From positions 352,001-416,000 of the forward strand of contig CAWKHF010000006.1 in NCBI GenBank assembly GCA_963849325.1: 64,000 bases of DNA, given 5' to 3'. Under the pieces are notes generated by a model. That model was not told the DNA's origin and did no database searches. It saw nothing but the letters and a program-made list of their open reading frames with translations. This document shows, one piece after another, positions 19,688 to 28,591 of the stretch (the first letter of the stretch is position 1; every line of letters begins with the position of its first letter). The position numbers and the translations under genes were made by a program. This DNA is from an uncultured Planctomycetota bacterium. GTDB taxonomy: Bacteria; Planctomycetota; Planctomycetia; Gemmatales; Gemmataceae.

Positions 19688-20022
19688 GATCGATGGACAA
19701 CTTGCTTACCGTATTGCTGGAGGCCCACAACGCTGACCGGAACCATCACCGCTGGTACGAAATCCGACTCGGCCGCGATCTCTTCGGCGATTGGACCGTT
19801 TGTCTGCTCTACGGCCGCGTGGGGCGGGCCGGCCAGGTGGTGCGTCACGCGGGTTCGGACCCGGAGCCGCTCCGGCAGGTTATCCGTGACAGCCTGCGCC
19901 GTCGCCTAACCGCGCCGACGCGGATCGGCTGTGCCTACACCGTGCGGGAATTCACGGCAGCCGGAGACATCGACGTTGTGTTCTGGCTTCCGGCGAGCAT
20001 CCTGTCGGCATTCCAAGCCTGA
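19684..20022 (+). CDS. WGR-domain protein
   Basis: RNHHRWYEIRLGRDLFGDWTV...YGRVGRAGQ. Confidence 0.8.
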   Translation: MRSMDNLLTVLLEAHNADRNHHRWYEIRLGRDLFGDWTVCLLYGRVGRAGQVVRHAGSDPEPLRQVIRDSLRRRLTAPTRIGCAYTVREFTAAGDIDVVFWLPASILSAFQA

Positions 20023-20277
20023 CTGGCCGCCCGCTGCTCTGCCAGACGCGGATGAGGACCGCGCAGAGACGGCGCAGGCTCTCTGCCCAGGCAGCGGATG
20101 CTGGGTCATTTCGCGGAAGTGTCAAACTGTTAAGGTGGCGGAGCGAACCCGCCGACGGCTGGTCACGGGTTGGACAGGGCGGACGCGGGAAAGAGTCAGC
20201 CGTTCCGGCTCGCTGGCTGGGCCTCCAACCACCGGCTAGAATCATGCGCACGGTGGAATCACCAATGGAGAAGACCC

Positions 20278-21573
20278 ATGCCGCCCGCCCGGAAGCCGGC
20301 CAAACCCGCTGCGGCGGCCATCCAGCGCTTGATGAAGGACTTCCAAGGCCCCGACAGGGAAGCCAGCAGGCGGGCCTTCAAGGCGCTTGTCCGCCTCGGC
20401 TCGCCTATCCGAGAATTGCTCGGCTCACCCCAGTGCGACCCGCGGGGGGATGGTTCGTACAGCTACGACGACATGGCAGCAGTCATTAACGAAGCGGGGC
20501 CATCCAATGCTAAGGTGCTCCCCGGTCTGGCCCAGGCTGTAGTAGGGGAAGGTAGCTCCATACGGCTGGCGGCCATCCAGGTGTGCAAGCGCGTTAACCC
20601 ACCGCACCAGTTCGTCCTGGATGCACTGGTCCAAGGGCTTTGCGACCGGAATGAATACGTTCGCCGTGAGGCGGCTCGCGCCTTGGGCGAGCTGCGAGTC
20701 GCCGCGCCCTCCGTCCTCAAAGGTCTGGCAGCCGCTCTACGAGATTTAGACCCTACCGTCGTCTGCGAAGCGATGAATGCGTTAGGGGACATCGGCGCGC
20801 CCTCTCCAGAAGTGTTGGCGGGCTTGGTGCATTGCCTCGGCGATGTAAACTCTTCCGCCTGTGGCTGGGCCCTTCTCGCGCTACAGAAGATTGGTGCATT
20901 TGACCAGACCGTGCATGATGCCGTTCGTCAAGTCGCAACCAGTACCTTTTCCTTCGCTGCGGAACAGCCAAGCGGATACGGTGATGATTACGAATACTAT
21001 TGGCAGCGCTGCCGTGATGCGGAGCGGCGCCACAATGCGAACCGCCAGGAGGCCGTGGACCTTCTCACTCGGATTCCGGTGGAGCGCATCGTACAGGAGG
21101 CAATGGAGTCATCGGCGCGGCCACCCATTCTCAGCGAGGAGGACCAGCGCATCCTTACGTGGTTCCAAGACGTGGACCTGACAGAATACCTGACGCCGCT
21201 CCAGGTTTTTTGGTGCATTGGGCAGGCAGATCGTGCCGCCATCGAGTCAGAAGGTCGGGCTATAGGGTACAGCAAACTTGAAAGGAAGTTGAAGCAACTT
21301 CAACCGACCTTTACCCAAGTTCGGCTGTATATCAGCAACGGCTACATCCGCGACGGCTGTCTCGGCGTGGTTTATGCGCTGCTGGACAAGGAACCGTTTT
21401 ACTCCAACGCCTGGGCGGACGACGAACGCGGAATGGAGTTTCGGGTCTCATATGATTATAAGAGGCGTGGTGGGGGCCGGTGGACGCGAAGGGCGCGGAA
21501 GGCGTTCCATTACGTGGATCGGTTCCTCTCCATCATGAAGTGCCTGCCACAGATAACCGTCACCCAGGGGTAA
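20278..21573 (+). CDS. HEAT-repeat protein with unrecognised C-terminal domain
   Basis: L..GL.D....VR..AA.ALG repeats; start moved to ATG 20278 after GGAG. Confidence 0.75.
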   Translation: MPPARKPAKPAAAAIQRLMKDFQGPDREASRRAFKALVRLGSPIRELLGSPQCDPRGDGSYSYDDMAAVINEAGPSNAKVLPGLAQAVVGEGSSIRLAAIQVCKRVNPPHQFVLDALVQGLCDRNEYVRREAARALGELRVAAPSVLKGLAAALRDLDPTVVCEAMNALGDIGAPSPEVLAGLVHCLGDVNSSACGWALLALQKIGAFDQTVHDAVRQVATSTFSFAAEQPSGYGDDYEYYWQRCRDAERRHNANRQEAVDLLTRIPVERIVQEAMESSARPPILSEEDQRILTWFQDVDLTEYLTPLQVFWCIGQADRAAIESEGRAIGYSKLERKLKQLQPTFTQVRLYISNGYIRDGCLGVVYALLDKEPFYSNAWADDERGMEFRVSYDYKRRGGGRWTRRARKAFHYVDRFLSIMKCLPQITVTQG

Positions 21574-21647
21574 GACGGAAACTGCTTGACAATGGCGTCG
21601 TAATCTAGGCATGGTGGAACTCGTCGATCATCATTTCTTTTCTGCCG

Positions 21648-22157
21648 ATGGAACTGATACCCGAGGACAAGAGGCGAATACTAGAGAAGAGGCAAGCATC
21701 ACACGAGAGATTTCGAGCTGCCAATCCGTATATCGACCTGGAGGTTATCGAGTTCCCCAGTGACGCGCTTAGTGTAAAGCGGTTACGCGAAACCTTCCCC
21801 GCTGAATTCTTCGACAGGGGGTTTATCAGCGATGGTTGGAACTGTTTCGGCTCCTTCTTCCTCCCCCTTGGGGACGAGAACCCCCTTCACTTGGTGCAAT
21901 TGCACAACCTCCTTTCGGCGGAACGGGCGGTGGCGGAGTATGCCTATTTGAACTTCCTCTATCCCTATCCGAGCGAAACCTGCGACGACGAAATCCACGA
22001 GTACGATGTCGAAGCCAGGAAGCATCTGGAGGAGCTTTACGTGGATTTCAGGCTGGCCGACAGCCCCGAGACCGCCCGGTTTCTCATCCGACATATCGAG
22101 GAACAGGGCGTACAGCAGGCAAAGGCCCAGAAGAGCCGCGAGGGCCGCGCCCGCTAG
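21648..22157 (+). CDS. Hypothetical acidic protein with basic tail
   Basis: 169-aa ORF ending QQAKAQKSREGRAR; TTGACA upstream at 21586. Confidence 0.65.
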   Translation: MELIPEDKRRILEKRQASHERFRAANPYIDLEVIEFPSDALSVKRLRETFPAEFFDRGFISDGWNCFGSFFLPLGDENPLHLVQLHNLLSAERAVAEYAYLNFLYPYPSETCDDEIHEYDVEARKHLEELYVDFRLADSPETARFLIRHIEEQGVQQAKAQKSREGRAR

Positions 22158-22391
22158 CCCGGATCGTGGCGCGGCGCACCATCGCCAATCCCGAGAAGCC
22201 TGCCATTAATAAAGGTGGATAGAGCAACAGACCCCGTTGCCGGCGCGAGGGGGTAGCTTATTCGCAGGAAACGCACCGAATCGAGGGGGACGCCACACCG
22301 CAACCCTGTCCCCCTGGCGGCGGAAAATCTCTCAGACACTGCTGATGCGGCAGAAAAGCGACCCCAAGATCGCCCCGTGGAGGGTACGTAC

Positions 22392-23183
22392 ATGGCTGGC
22401 TGGCAGATGAAGCAGATGAAGCCCAAGGACATCGTGGTCAACCCGCAGGTCCGCAAGGCTTCTGATCCCCAAGCGCAGGAGGAACTCAATGCCTCGGTGA
22501 AGACGTTGGGCATTCTCCAGCCCTTGCTCGTGATGGCGTCCGGCGTTCTCCTGGCGGGGCACCGCCGTCTCATCGCGGCCCTGGCCGCAGGACTGGAGAC
22601 CGTTCCCGTCATTGTCACGGATCGCCTTCTTTCGGACAGCGAAATTCGCGTGATCCAGCTCACCGAGAACATGCACCGGGCCGATTTGACCGGCTACGAG
22701 AAGTGGCTGGGCTGCGCGGAGCTGATGTCCATGAACCCGCAGTGGCAACTCAAGGACCTGGCGGCGCATCTGCACCTCGATCCTTCGATGGTCACGCGGC
22801 TGCTCAGCCCGTCCAAGTGCATCCCGGCCTGGCAAGAGGCCCTCAAGGCGGGCAAGGTCGGTATCTCGGACTGCTACGCGGCCTCGAAGCTGGAGGAGAA
22901 GGAACAGGCCGAGCTTCTGGCGTTGAAGCTCAACGGGGCCAGCCGCGACGCCATCGAGCAGGCGGGGCGGAGGAACCGCACGAAGGCCGCCCCTGCCGTC
23001 CGGCTGTCGCGCGTGAAGATCGCCCTGCCGCAAGGGGCCAGCGTCGTCCTCAGCGGCAACGACCTGAGCATGTCCGACGTGGTGGAGCTGCTCGCGGAAA
23101 CGCTGAAAGAAGCCCGCAAGGCCGCCGAGCAGTACGACGTGAAGACGTGGCAGGCGATGATGCGGGACAAGGCCAGGGGGTGA
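22392..23183 (+). CDS. ParB/RepB/Spo0J-family protein
   Basis: SVKTLGILQPLLV, LLAGHRRL, QLTENMHRADL, HTH (LAAHLHLDPSMVTRLL). No parA adjacent. Confidence 0.88.
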   Translation: MAGWQMKQMKPKDIVVNPQVRKASDPQAQEELNASVKTLGILQPLLVMASGVLLAGHRRLIAALAAGLETVPVIVTDRLLSDSEIRVIQLTENMHRADLTGYEKWLGCAELMSMNPQWQLKDLAAHLHLDPSMVTRLLSPSKCIPAWQEALKAGKVGISDCYAASKLEEKEQAELLALKLNGASRDAIEQAGRRNRTKAAPAVRLSRVKIALPQGASVVLSGNDLSMSDVVELLAETLKEARKAAEQYDVKTWQAMMRDKARG

Positions 23184-23186
23184 AAC

Positions 23187-23372
23187 GTGGAACGGCTCCG
23201 GCATGACGTGGCATGGGCCACCACGCTGCACATCCTGGAGGTTTTCGACCTCCGCCCGGAAGAGAAAAACGAAGCGTTCGGGATGATCTACGAGCGCGTA
23301 AAAGCGGGATTGCTCGCCTATGACAAGGAAACCCAAGACCTGCTCCGCAGGTTGAAACCACTTAACAACTGA
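23187..23372 (+). CDS. Small hypothetical protein
   Basis: 61-aa ORF filling the gap between parB and virD4. Confidence 0.6.
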   Translation: MERLRHDVAWATTLHILEVFDLRPEEKNEAFGMIYERVKAGLLAYDKETQDLLRRLKPLNN

Positions 23373-23379
23373 GGGAACC

Positions 23380-25101
23380 ATGTACCAGTTTCTTCGCTTC
23401 GTTTCGATCGCCACCGTGCTGCTCCTGGCATACCTGGCCCTCCTGGTGCTTTACCAGGTGCCTTACGCCTGGCTCGTGGCCGCCGGCATCGGCATCGTGC
23501 TGCTATGCCGGAAGACCTACCGCTACACCGCCTATGGCACGGCACGCTGGGCCGACGCCAGCGACATCCCGCACCTGCTCGAAGGCAACGGCCTGATCCT
23601 CGGCCATATCCGGGGCAAGCCGGACAAGCTGCGCGGCACCCTCGCGCTGTTCAACCGGAACCTTCCGGCGCGGGCCGCCTGCCAGCGGTTCCTGATGGCG
23701 TTCCAGCGGAAGCCGCCCAAGTTCCTGGTCCGGCTGACCAAGGCCGTTCACACGGCGGTCTTCGCGCCGACGGGCGTGGGCAAGGGCGTCTCGTGCGTCA
23801 TCCCGTTCCTGAAGACGTGCCCCGACAGTTGCGTGGTCGTGGACTTCAAGGGCGAGAACTACCTAGAAACGGCTGCGGATCGTCGTCGGAAGATGGGGCA
23901 TAAAGTGGTCGTTCTCGATCCGTACCGGATTGTCACTCCGGAGCCAGACACTTTCAACCCGCTTCAGTTCATCGACCGGGAATCGCCCATCGCCATCGAC
24001 GAGTGCCGGGACTTGGCGGAGGCGCTGGTCATCCGGACGGGGCAGGAGAAGGAACCCTTCTGGAACGACGCAGCGGAAATGTGGATTGCCGCCATGACGG
24101 CGGCGGTCGTGGCCTTCGCCGACGACGCCGACAAGTCGCTGCAATCGGTGCGGACGGTGCTCACCAATCCCCAGCGGATGGAGGCGGTCATCCAGCTGCT
24201 GTGCGAATCGGACGTATGGGACGGGATGCTGGCCCGCCTCGGCGGCCAGCTGACGAATTTCAAGGACAAGGAGTTGGCCTCGACGCTCACGACCACCAAC
24301 CGCTTCCTGCGGTTTTTGGACACCATCGCCATCGCGGAGAGCACCAAGCAGAGCAGCTTTAACCCGGCTGACCTGCTCACTGGCAAGATGACCGTGTACC
24401 TGGTCCTGCCGCCCGAACACATGCGGGCGCAGTCGCCGCTGTTGCGGCTGTGGATTGGCTCTCTGCTCCGCGCCGTGGTCCAAGGCGGCTTGCAGGAGAA
24501 GACCCAGGTGCATTTCGTTCTCGACGAGGCGGCCTCCCTGGGACACCTGGACGCCCTCGACGATGCGGTGGACAAGTTCCGCGGCTACGGAGTGCGGCTC
24601 CAGCTTTACTACCAGTCCCTCGGGCAGCTCCAGAAGTGCTGGCCGGAAGGCGGCGCTACGACCCTGCTGTCCAACACCACGCAAGTGTTCTTCGGCGTCA
24701 ACGATCCGCAGACCGCTGGCTATGTCTCGTCACGGCTGGGCGAGGAGACGATCCTCGTGGAGAGTGGCGGGACCAGCTCCAGCACCTCCCGGCAAGCCTC
24801 CCAGCAGGGAAGCAGCAACACCAGCTATTCCACCAGCACCAGCAACAACTGGCAGCAGATGGGCCGGAAGCTGCTCAAGCCGGAGGAAGTCGAAGCGCTC
24901 GATCCGCGGGTGGCGATCACGTTCGCTCCCGGCACGCCGCCTATCTGGACCTGGCTGGTCCGGTACTACGAGCGCGATTTCGGCCGGCCACATGGCCTGG
25001 GGCCGGTGAAGGCGGCGTTGGATGCGGCGTGCCTGTTCCTGGCGGCCGGCCTGCTGGCCGTCTGGTTCACGGCGGCGCTGTTCTACCACACTTTCCCATG
25101 A
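23380..25101 (+). CDS. virD4: VirD4/TraG-type type IV coupling protein
   Basis: Two N-terminal TMs, YGTARWA, Walker A APTGVGKG, VVDFKGE, FNPL, Walker B FVLDEAA, QSLGQL, SSRLGEET. Confidence 0.93.
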   Translation: MYQFLRFVSIATVLLLAYLALLVLYQVPYAWLVAAGIGIVLLCRKTYRYTAYGTARWADASDIPHLLEGNGLILGHIRGKPDKLRGTLALFNRNLPARAACQRFLMAFQRKPPKFLVRLTKAVHTAVFAPTGVGKGVSCVIPFLKTCPDSCVVVDFKGENYLETAADRRRKMGHKVVVLDPYRIVTPEPDTFNPLQFIDRESPIAIDECRDLAEALVIRTGQEKEPFWNDAAEMWIAAMTAAVVAFADDADKSLQSVRTVLTNPQRMEAVIQLLCESDVWDGMLARLGGQLTNFKDKELASTLTTTNRFLRFLDTIAIAESTKQSSFNPADLLTGKMTVYLVLPPEHMRAQSPLLRLWIGSLLRAVVQGGLQEKTQVHFVLDEAASLGHLDALDDAVDKFRGYGVRLQLYYQSLGQLQKCWPEGGATTLLSNTTQVFFGVNDPQTAGYVSSRLGEETILVESGGTSSSTSRQASQQGSSNTSYSTSTSNNWQQMGRKLLKPEEVEALDPRVAITFAPGTPPIWTWLVRYYERDFGRPHGLGPVKAALDAACLFLAAGLLAVWFTAALFYHTFP

Positions 25102-25386
25102 AAGGCGAACGCCATGACAGCACTTCGTGGTGTCAAAGTGTCAAGGTGGCAGAGGCCGGCAGAGCCGGGTCCAACCCCGGCAAGGAGGCCGCAGTGGCTT
25201 GCTGAGAACTTGCGGGCAGATTGCGGGAAGGGTGCGCAGAGCGTACCCGACTGACGCACTCTCGATGCAGCGGTTCTCAAGAGCCGCGCCCGATAGTCAG
25301 GATCGCGCGCGCCGCGCACAATCGACAACCCCCATCACGAGCTTACGATTGAGTCGGTGAGGGACAACCAGACGGTGAGGTGAACG

Positions 25387-25674
25387 ATGTCCAAGCACAC
25401 GAAAGAGTTCTTCGAGCAGCTCAAGGCCGGCCAGCAACCGGCCCTGGTGGAATCCATCCGAGAGGCTGCGGGCGCCCTCAAGGAAGCGGGGGGACAGCTC
25501 TGGGACGGCATGAAGCCGATGTTTGACCACGGTCGCACGGAGGCCGCCGCTGCCCTGTTCGCCGGGCACGCGCATGTCCTGTACATGAAAGGCCCGGAGG
25601 GCAGCGAGCAGGGGCAGGATCTGGTCAGGGACGAGCCGCACAAGCAGCACGAGATCGGCGGCCGCGAAATGTAG
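25387..25674 (+). CDS. Hypothetical protein
   Basis: 95-aa ORF, RBS GAGGTG; ends HKQHEIGGREM. Confidence 0.7.
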   Translation: MSKHTKEFFEQLKAGQQPALVESIREAAGALKEAGGQLWDGMKPMFDHGRTEAAAALFAGHAHVLYMKGPEGSEQGQDLVRDEPHKQHEIGGREM

Positions 25675-25734
25675 CCGCGAAAGCAACTGTCAACCACAAC
25701 GTCACCTTTTTTCCCTTTTTTCAAGGAGTTCCTC

Positions 25735-25905
25735 ATGAACCTGTTCGCCGAAGCGTCCGAGAGCAACCCCCTGGCGGTCCTCATTGTCCTGTTCCTCATG
25801 ATGATGGGCATCCGGCAGTGGGGCATCTGGCTCAAAGGCAACACCGTCGTCCGTAGCGCGGCCAAGAAGGGTGTCCTCAGCATCCTGGGCCGCATGTTCA
25901 AGTGA
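25735..25905 (+). CDS. Small membrane peptide 1 (56 aa)
   Basis: Own translation: MNLFAEASESNPLAVLIVLFLMMMGIRQWGIWLKGNTVVRSAAKKGVLSILGRMFK; RBS AAGGAG. Confidence 0.7.
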   Translation: MNLFAEASESNPLAVLIVLFLMMMGIRQWGIWLKGNTVVRSAAKKGVLSILGRMFK

Positions 25906-25915
25906 GGAGGCCGCC

Positions 25916-26084
25916 ATGCTGTTCGCCGCTACCCTTGGCGAGCATTGCTTCAACCTGATGCTCGCCCTGTTCCTGCTCTTGGCCTTCGCGTTCAAGAATC
26001 CTCACCGCCATCGATGATGACGGCGCGATCAAGAAGACGGCCAACGAGGGCATCGCCGCGTGGATCACACGTTGGCTGAAGTAA
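25916..26084 (+). CDS. Small membrane peptide 2 (1-nt indel near 25997)
   Basis: MLFAATLGEHCFNLMLALFLLLAFAFK/ILTAIDDDGAIKKTANEGIAAWITRWLK; RBS GAGGAGG. Confidence 0.6.
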
Positions 26085-26136
26085 CCCACCAGCGCGGGGT
26101 GCGCCCAGCCCCGCCTCTTCGTTCCGGAGCGGTGAG

Positions 26137-26253
26137 ATGGCGTGGCTCCTGTTCCTTGTCCTGTACGGTGCGCCGCGGAGCGGGGTAGTGGATGACGTGG
26201 CGGATGCTGCGAAGTAGTGTGTGATCCGCTTCTTGATCCACTGGCTGAAGTAG
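26137..26253 (+). pseudogene. Small membrane peptide 3, degenerate (internal TAG)
   Basis: MAWLLFLVLYGAPRSGVVDDVADAAK*CVIRFLIHWLK aligns by eye with peptides 1 and 2. Confidence 0.5.
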
Positions 26254-26286
26254 CCGAGGCGTGTCTCGTTTTTCAGGGGGTGCGGC

Positions 26287-26546
26287 ATGACCGTTGAGGA
26301 AAGGCTGGAGCGCATGGAGGCCATGCTCGCCGCCCTGGTCGAGCGGCAGACCGCGCCGGAGTGGTATACCACGGAGCAAATCGCCCAACTCGTCGGCAGG
26401 GCCGAGTTCACCGTCCGGGAATGGTGCCGGCGCGGCGCATCCAGGCACAGAAGAAGGACAGCGGTCGCGGTGCCCATGCCTCGTGGGTCATCTCCCATAC
26501 CGAGTTGCTGCGTTACCAGCGCGAAGGTTTGTTGCGTAGTCGCTGA
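26287..26546 (+). CDS. HTH DNA-binding protein (excisionase/RDF-like); frameshift near 26436
   Basis: EWYTTEQIAQLVGRAEFTVREWCRRG joined to RIQAQKKDSGRG..SWVISHTELLRY. Confidence 0.75.
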
Positions 26547-26648
26547 TCCGCAACGCCACGCGCGACCTGATCTTCCCCTCTGGTGGGGAGCCGTGGAGCG
26601 TGCGCGCTCATCGAGGATTTCTTGCCCTGGTAGCGGTGGTTTCCCGTC

Positions 26649-26873
26649 ATGTCTCGAAGCAATCGAAAGAAGGATTGTCAAGTCGCGGAGGATGCTCGAC
26701 CGGGCATCGTTCCGGCCGAGACACCGGATTGGATCACACCGGAATTGATCGCAGCGACGATTCGCGTCTGGCAACCGTACTACCCAGCTACTCTCACGCC
26801 CGAAGAAGCCGTTACAATGATCTTGAACGTGGGTCGCTTATTGGACGTGCTATCTTCGGGGGCATCGCCATGA
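26649..26873 (+). CDS. Small protein coupled to the recombinase
   Basis: 74 aa (PDWITPELI..TIRVWQPYY); ATGA overlap with the recombinase start. Confidence 0.7.
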   Translation: MSRSNRKKDCQVAEDARPGIVPAETPDWITPELIAATIRVWQPYYPATLTPEEAVTMILNVGRLLDVLSSGASP

Positions 26874-28361
26874 AACAGTTCGTCGCGTTGGCACGGGTGA
26901 GCAGTCGGGAACAGGAACGCGAGGGCTTCTCGCTCGAAGTACAGGAAGAAGCGCTCCAACGCTACGCCACGCAGGCCGGTGGCGAAATCGTCAAGCTCTT
27001 CAAGATTGCCGAGACGGCCAGCAAGGCCGATGAACGCAAAACCTTCCGCGAGTTGATCGCCTACGCCAAGAAGAATGCACCCTTCCTCGATGGCCTGCTC
27101 TTCTACAAGGTAGACCGGGCCGCTCGCAATCTCTTCGATTACGTCGAGCTGGAACGGCTGGAATCGGAATACGACCTGCCGTTCATCTCCATTTCGCAAC
27201 CGACCGAGAACACGCCCGCCGGCCGCATGATGCGGCGGACGCTGGCTAACATGGCCAGCTTCTACACCGAACAGCAATCGGTCGATGTCCGCGAAGGGCT
27301 GGCTCGTCGCGTGCAAGAAGGCTGGTTCGTCGGCCCCGCTCCCTACGGCTACCGCAACGTCCGCAAGGATGGTCGCGGCATCATCGAGATCAATCCCGGA
27401 AGCCGCTGCCAACGTCCAACGCATCTTCCATCTCTACGCCTACGAGAACGTAACGCTCGATGGCTTGGTGGCGCGGGTCAATACCGAGGGCCGCGTCTTC
27501 CGTCCCTCGCAACCCCGGTTCCCGCGCAGCATGGTCTACACCATCCTGAAGGACCGAGCCTATATCGGTGAAATCCTCCACAAAGGCCAATGGTATCCGG
27601 GCAAGCAGCAACCGCTGATCGACCGGGCGACCTGGGACCGCGTGCAGGCGTTGCTGGGCGGGCATATCTATCAGTCGCACGCGCTGACCTATGCCAGCGG
27701 CCTGATTCAATGCGGTCATTGCGGGCATCCGGTTACCGGCGAGAAGGTCAAGAAGAAGACGAAGACGAGCGAGCGGTTCTACACCTACTACCGTTGCACC
27801 GGCTACACCAAGCCGGGGCATCCGCGTATCCGGGTTACGGAAGCCGATCTCGACCAGCAAGTGCTGGCCGTCTTCGACAAGATGCGTGTGGAAGACGAAG
27901 GGGTGCGTGACTGGTTCCGGCTGGTGCTGGCCTCGCAGACGCGCGATGCGCAAGCCCAATCGCTGGCTCAACGCGGCGAGCTTCAGCGTCAAGAGACGTT
28001 GTTGGTGCAGCAGCAGGATCGCCTGCTCAACCTGCGGTTGTCGGAGGACATCGATCAGGAGACGTTCGCCCGCAAACATACGGAGTTGCGGGATCGGTTG
28101 GCTGCACTCAAGCTGCAACTGGAGACCGTGGATCGCTGCCACGACGAAACGGCCGAGTTGGCGGCAAAAGTGTTTGAACTTTCGCAAACCTTGCGTCAGC
28201 AATGGCTTACGGCCGATTATGCCGCCAAGCGTCGCATCCTCGAAATCGTGTTTTTGAACTGCCGTCTCGATGACATAACTCTTGTCCCCACCATGAGAAA
28301 GCCCTTCGACGTTCTCGCCGAAGGGCCGCTTTTGGAAAAAAGCGGAGGGGGAGGGATTTGA
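26870..28361 (+). CDS. Large serine recombinase (integrase); 1-nt frameshift near 27396
   Basis: ALARVSSREQ catalytic motif, VDRAARN, APYGY, recombinase domain, Zn ribbon CGHCG..YYRC, coiled coil. Confidence 0.92.
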
Positions 28362-28429
28362 ACCCTCGAACGCCTCTCGGCGTTGCCGGTTTTCAAGACC
28401 GGTGCAATCGGCCGCTCTGCCACCCCTCC
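28343..28429 (-). tRNA. tRNA-Ser (anticodon TGA)
   Basis: Reverse complement GGAGGGGTGGCAGAGCGGCCGATTGCACCGGTCTTGAAAACCGGC...GGTTCAAATCCCTCCCCCTCCG, with long variable arm; CCA not encoded. Confidence 0.96.
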
Positions 28430-28492
28430 CCGGCGACAGCTTATCCTAGCGGAGCAACGCCGTGTGAGGAAGTGCCCGGCCGACGAAGTCGC

Positions 28493-28568
28493 TTTTTGCC
28501 GACTAGCCCGGAACGCGAGCGACGGTTTTTTTCACCCGTCGCTCGCGCTCCGGGCTAGTCGGCAAAAA
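28493..28568. repeat. REP-like long palindrome
   Basis: TTTTTGCCGACTAGCCCGGAACGCGAGCGACGG...CCGTCGCTCGCGCTCCGGGCTAGTCGGCAAAAA. Related degenerate copies near 29735-29794 and 35330-35390. Confidence 0.75.
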
Positions 28569-28591
28569 ATTAGGCATTCTTGTGATGTCTC

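Larger units (their letters stand above)
1..28361. mobile_element. Integrative (probably mobilizable) element inserted at tRNA-Ser 3' end; left boundary outside window
   Basis: Large serine recombinase abutting the tRNA 3' end, with HTH gene, VirD4-like coupling protein, ParB and MOBF relaxase. Gene content switches to typical planctomycete backbone right of the tRNA. Confidence 0.88.

Noticed and set aside
27380-27410. Programmed frameshift in the integrase
   Set aside because: No slippery heptamer; one extra C in AATCCCGGAA matches the window-wide error pattern.
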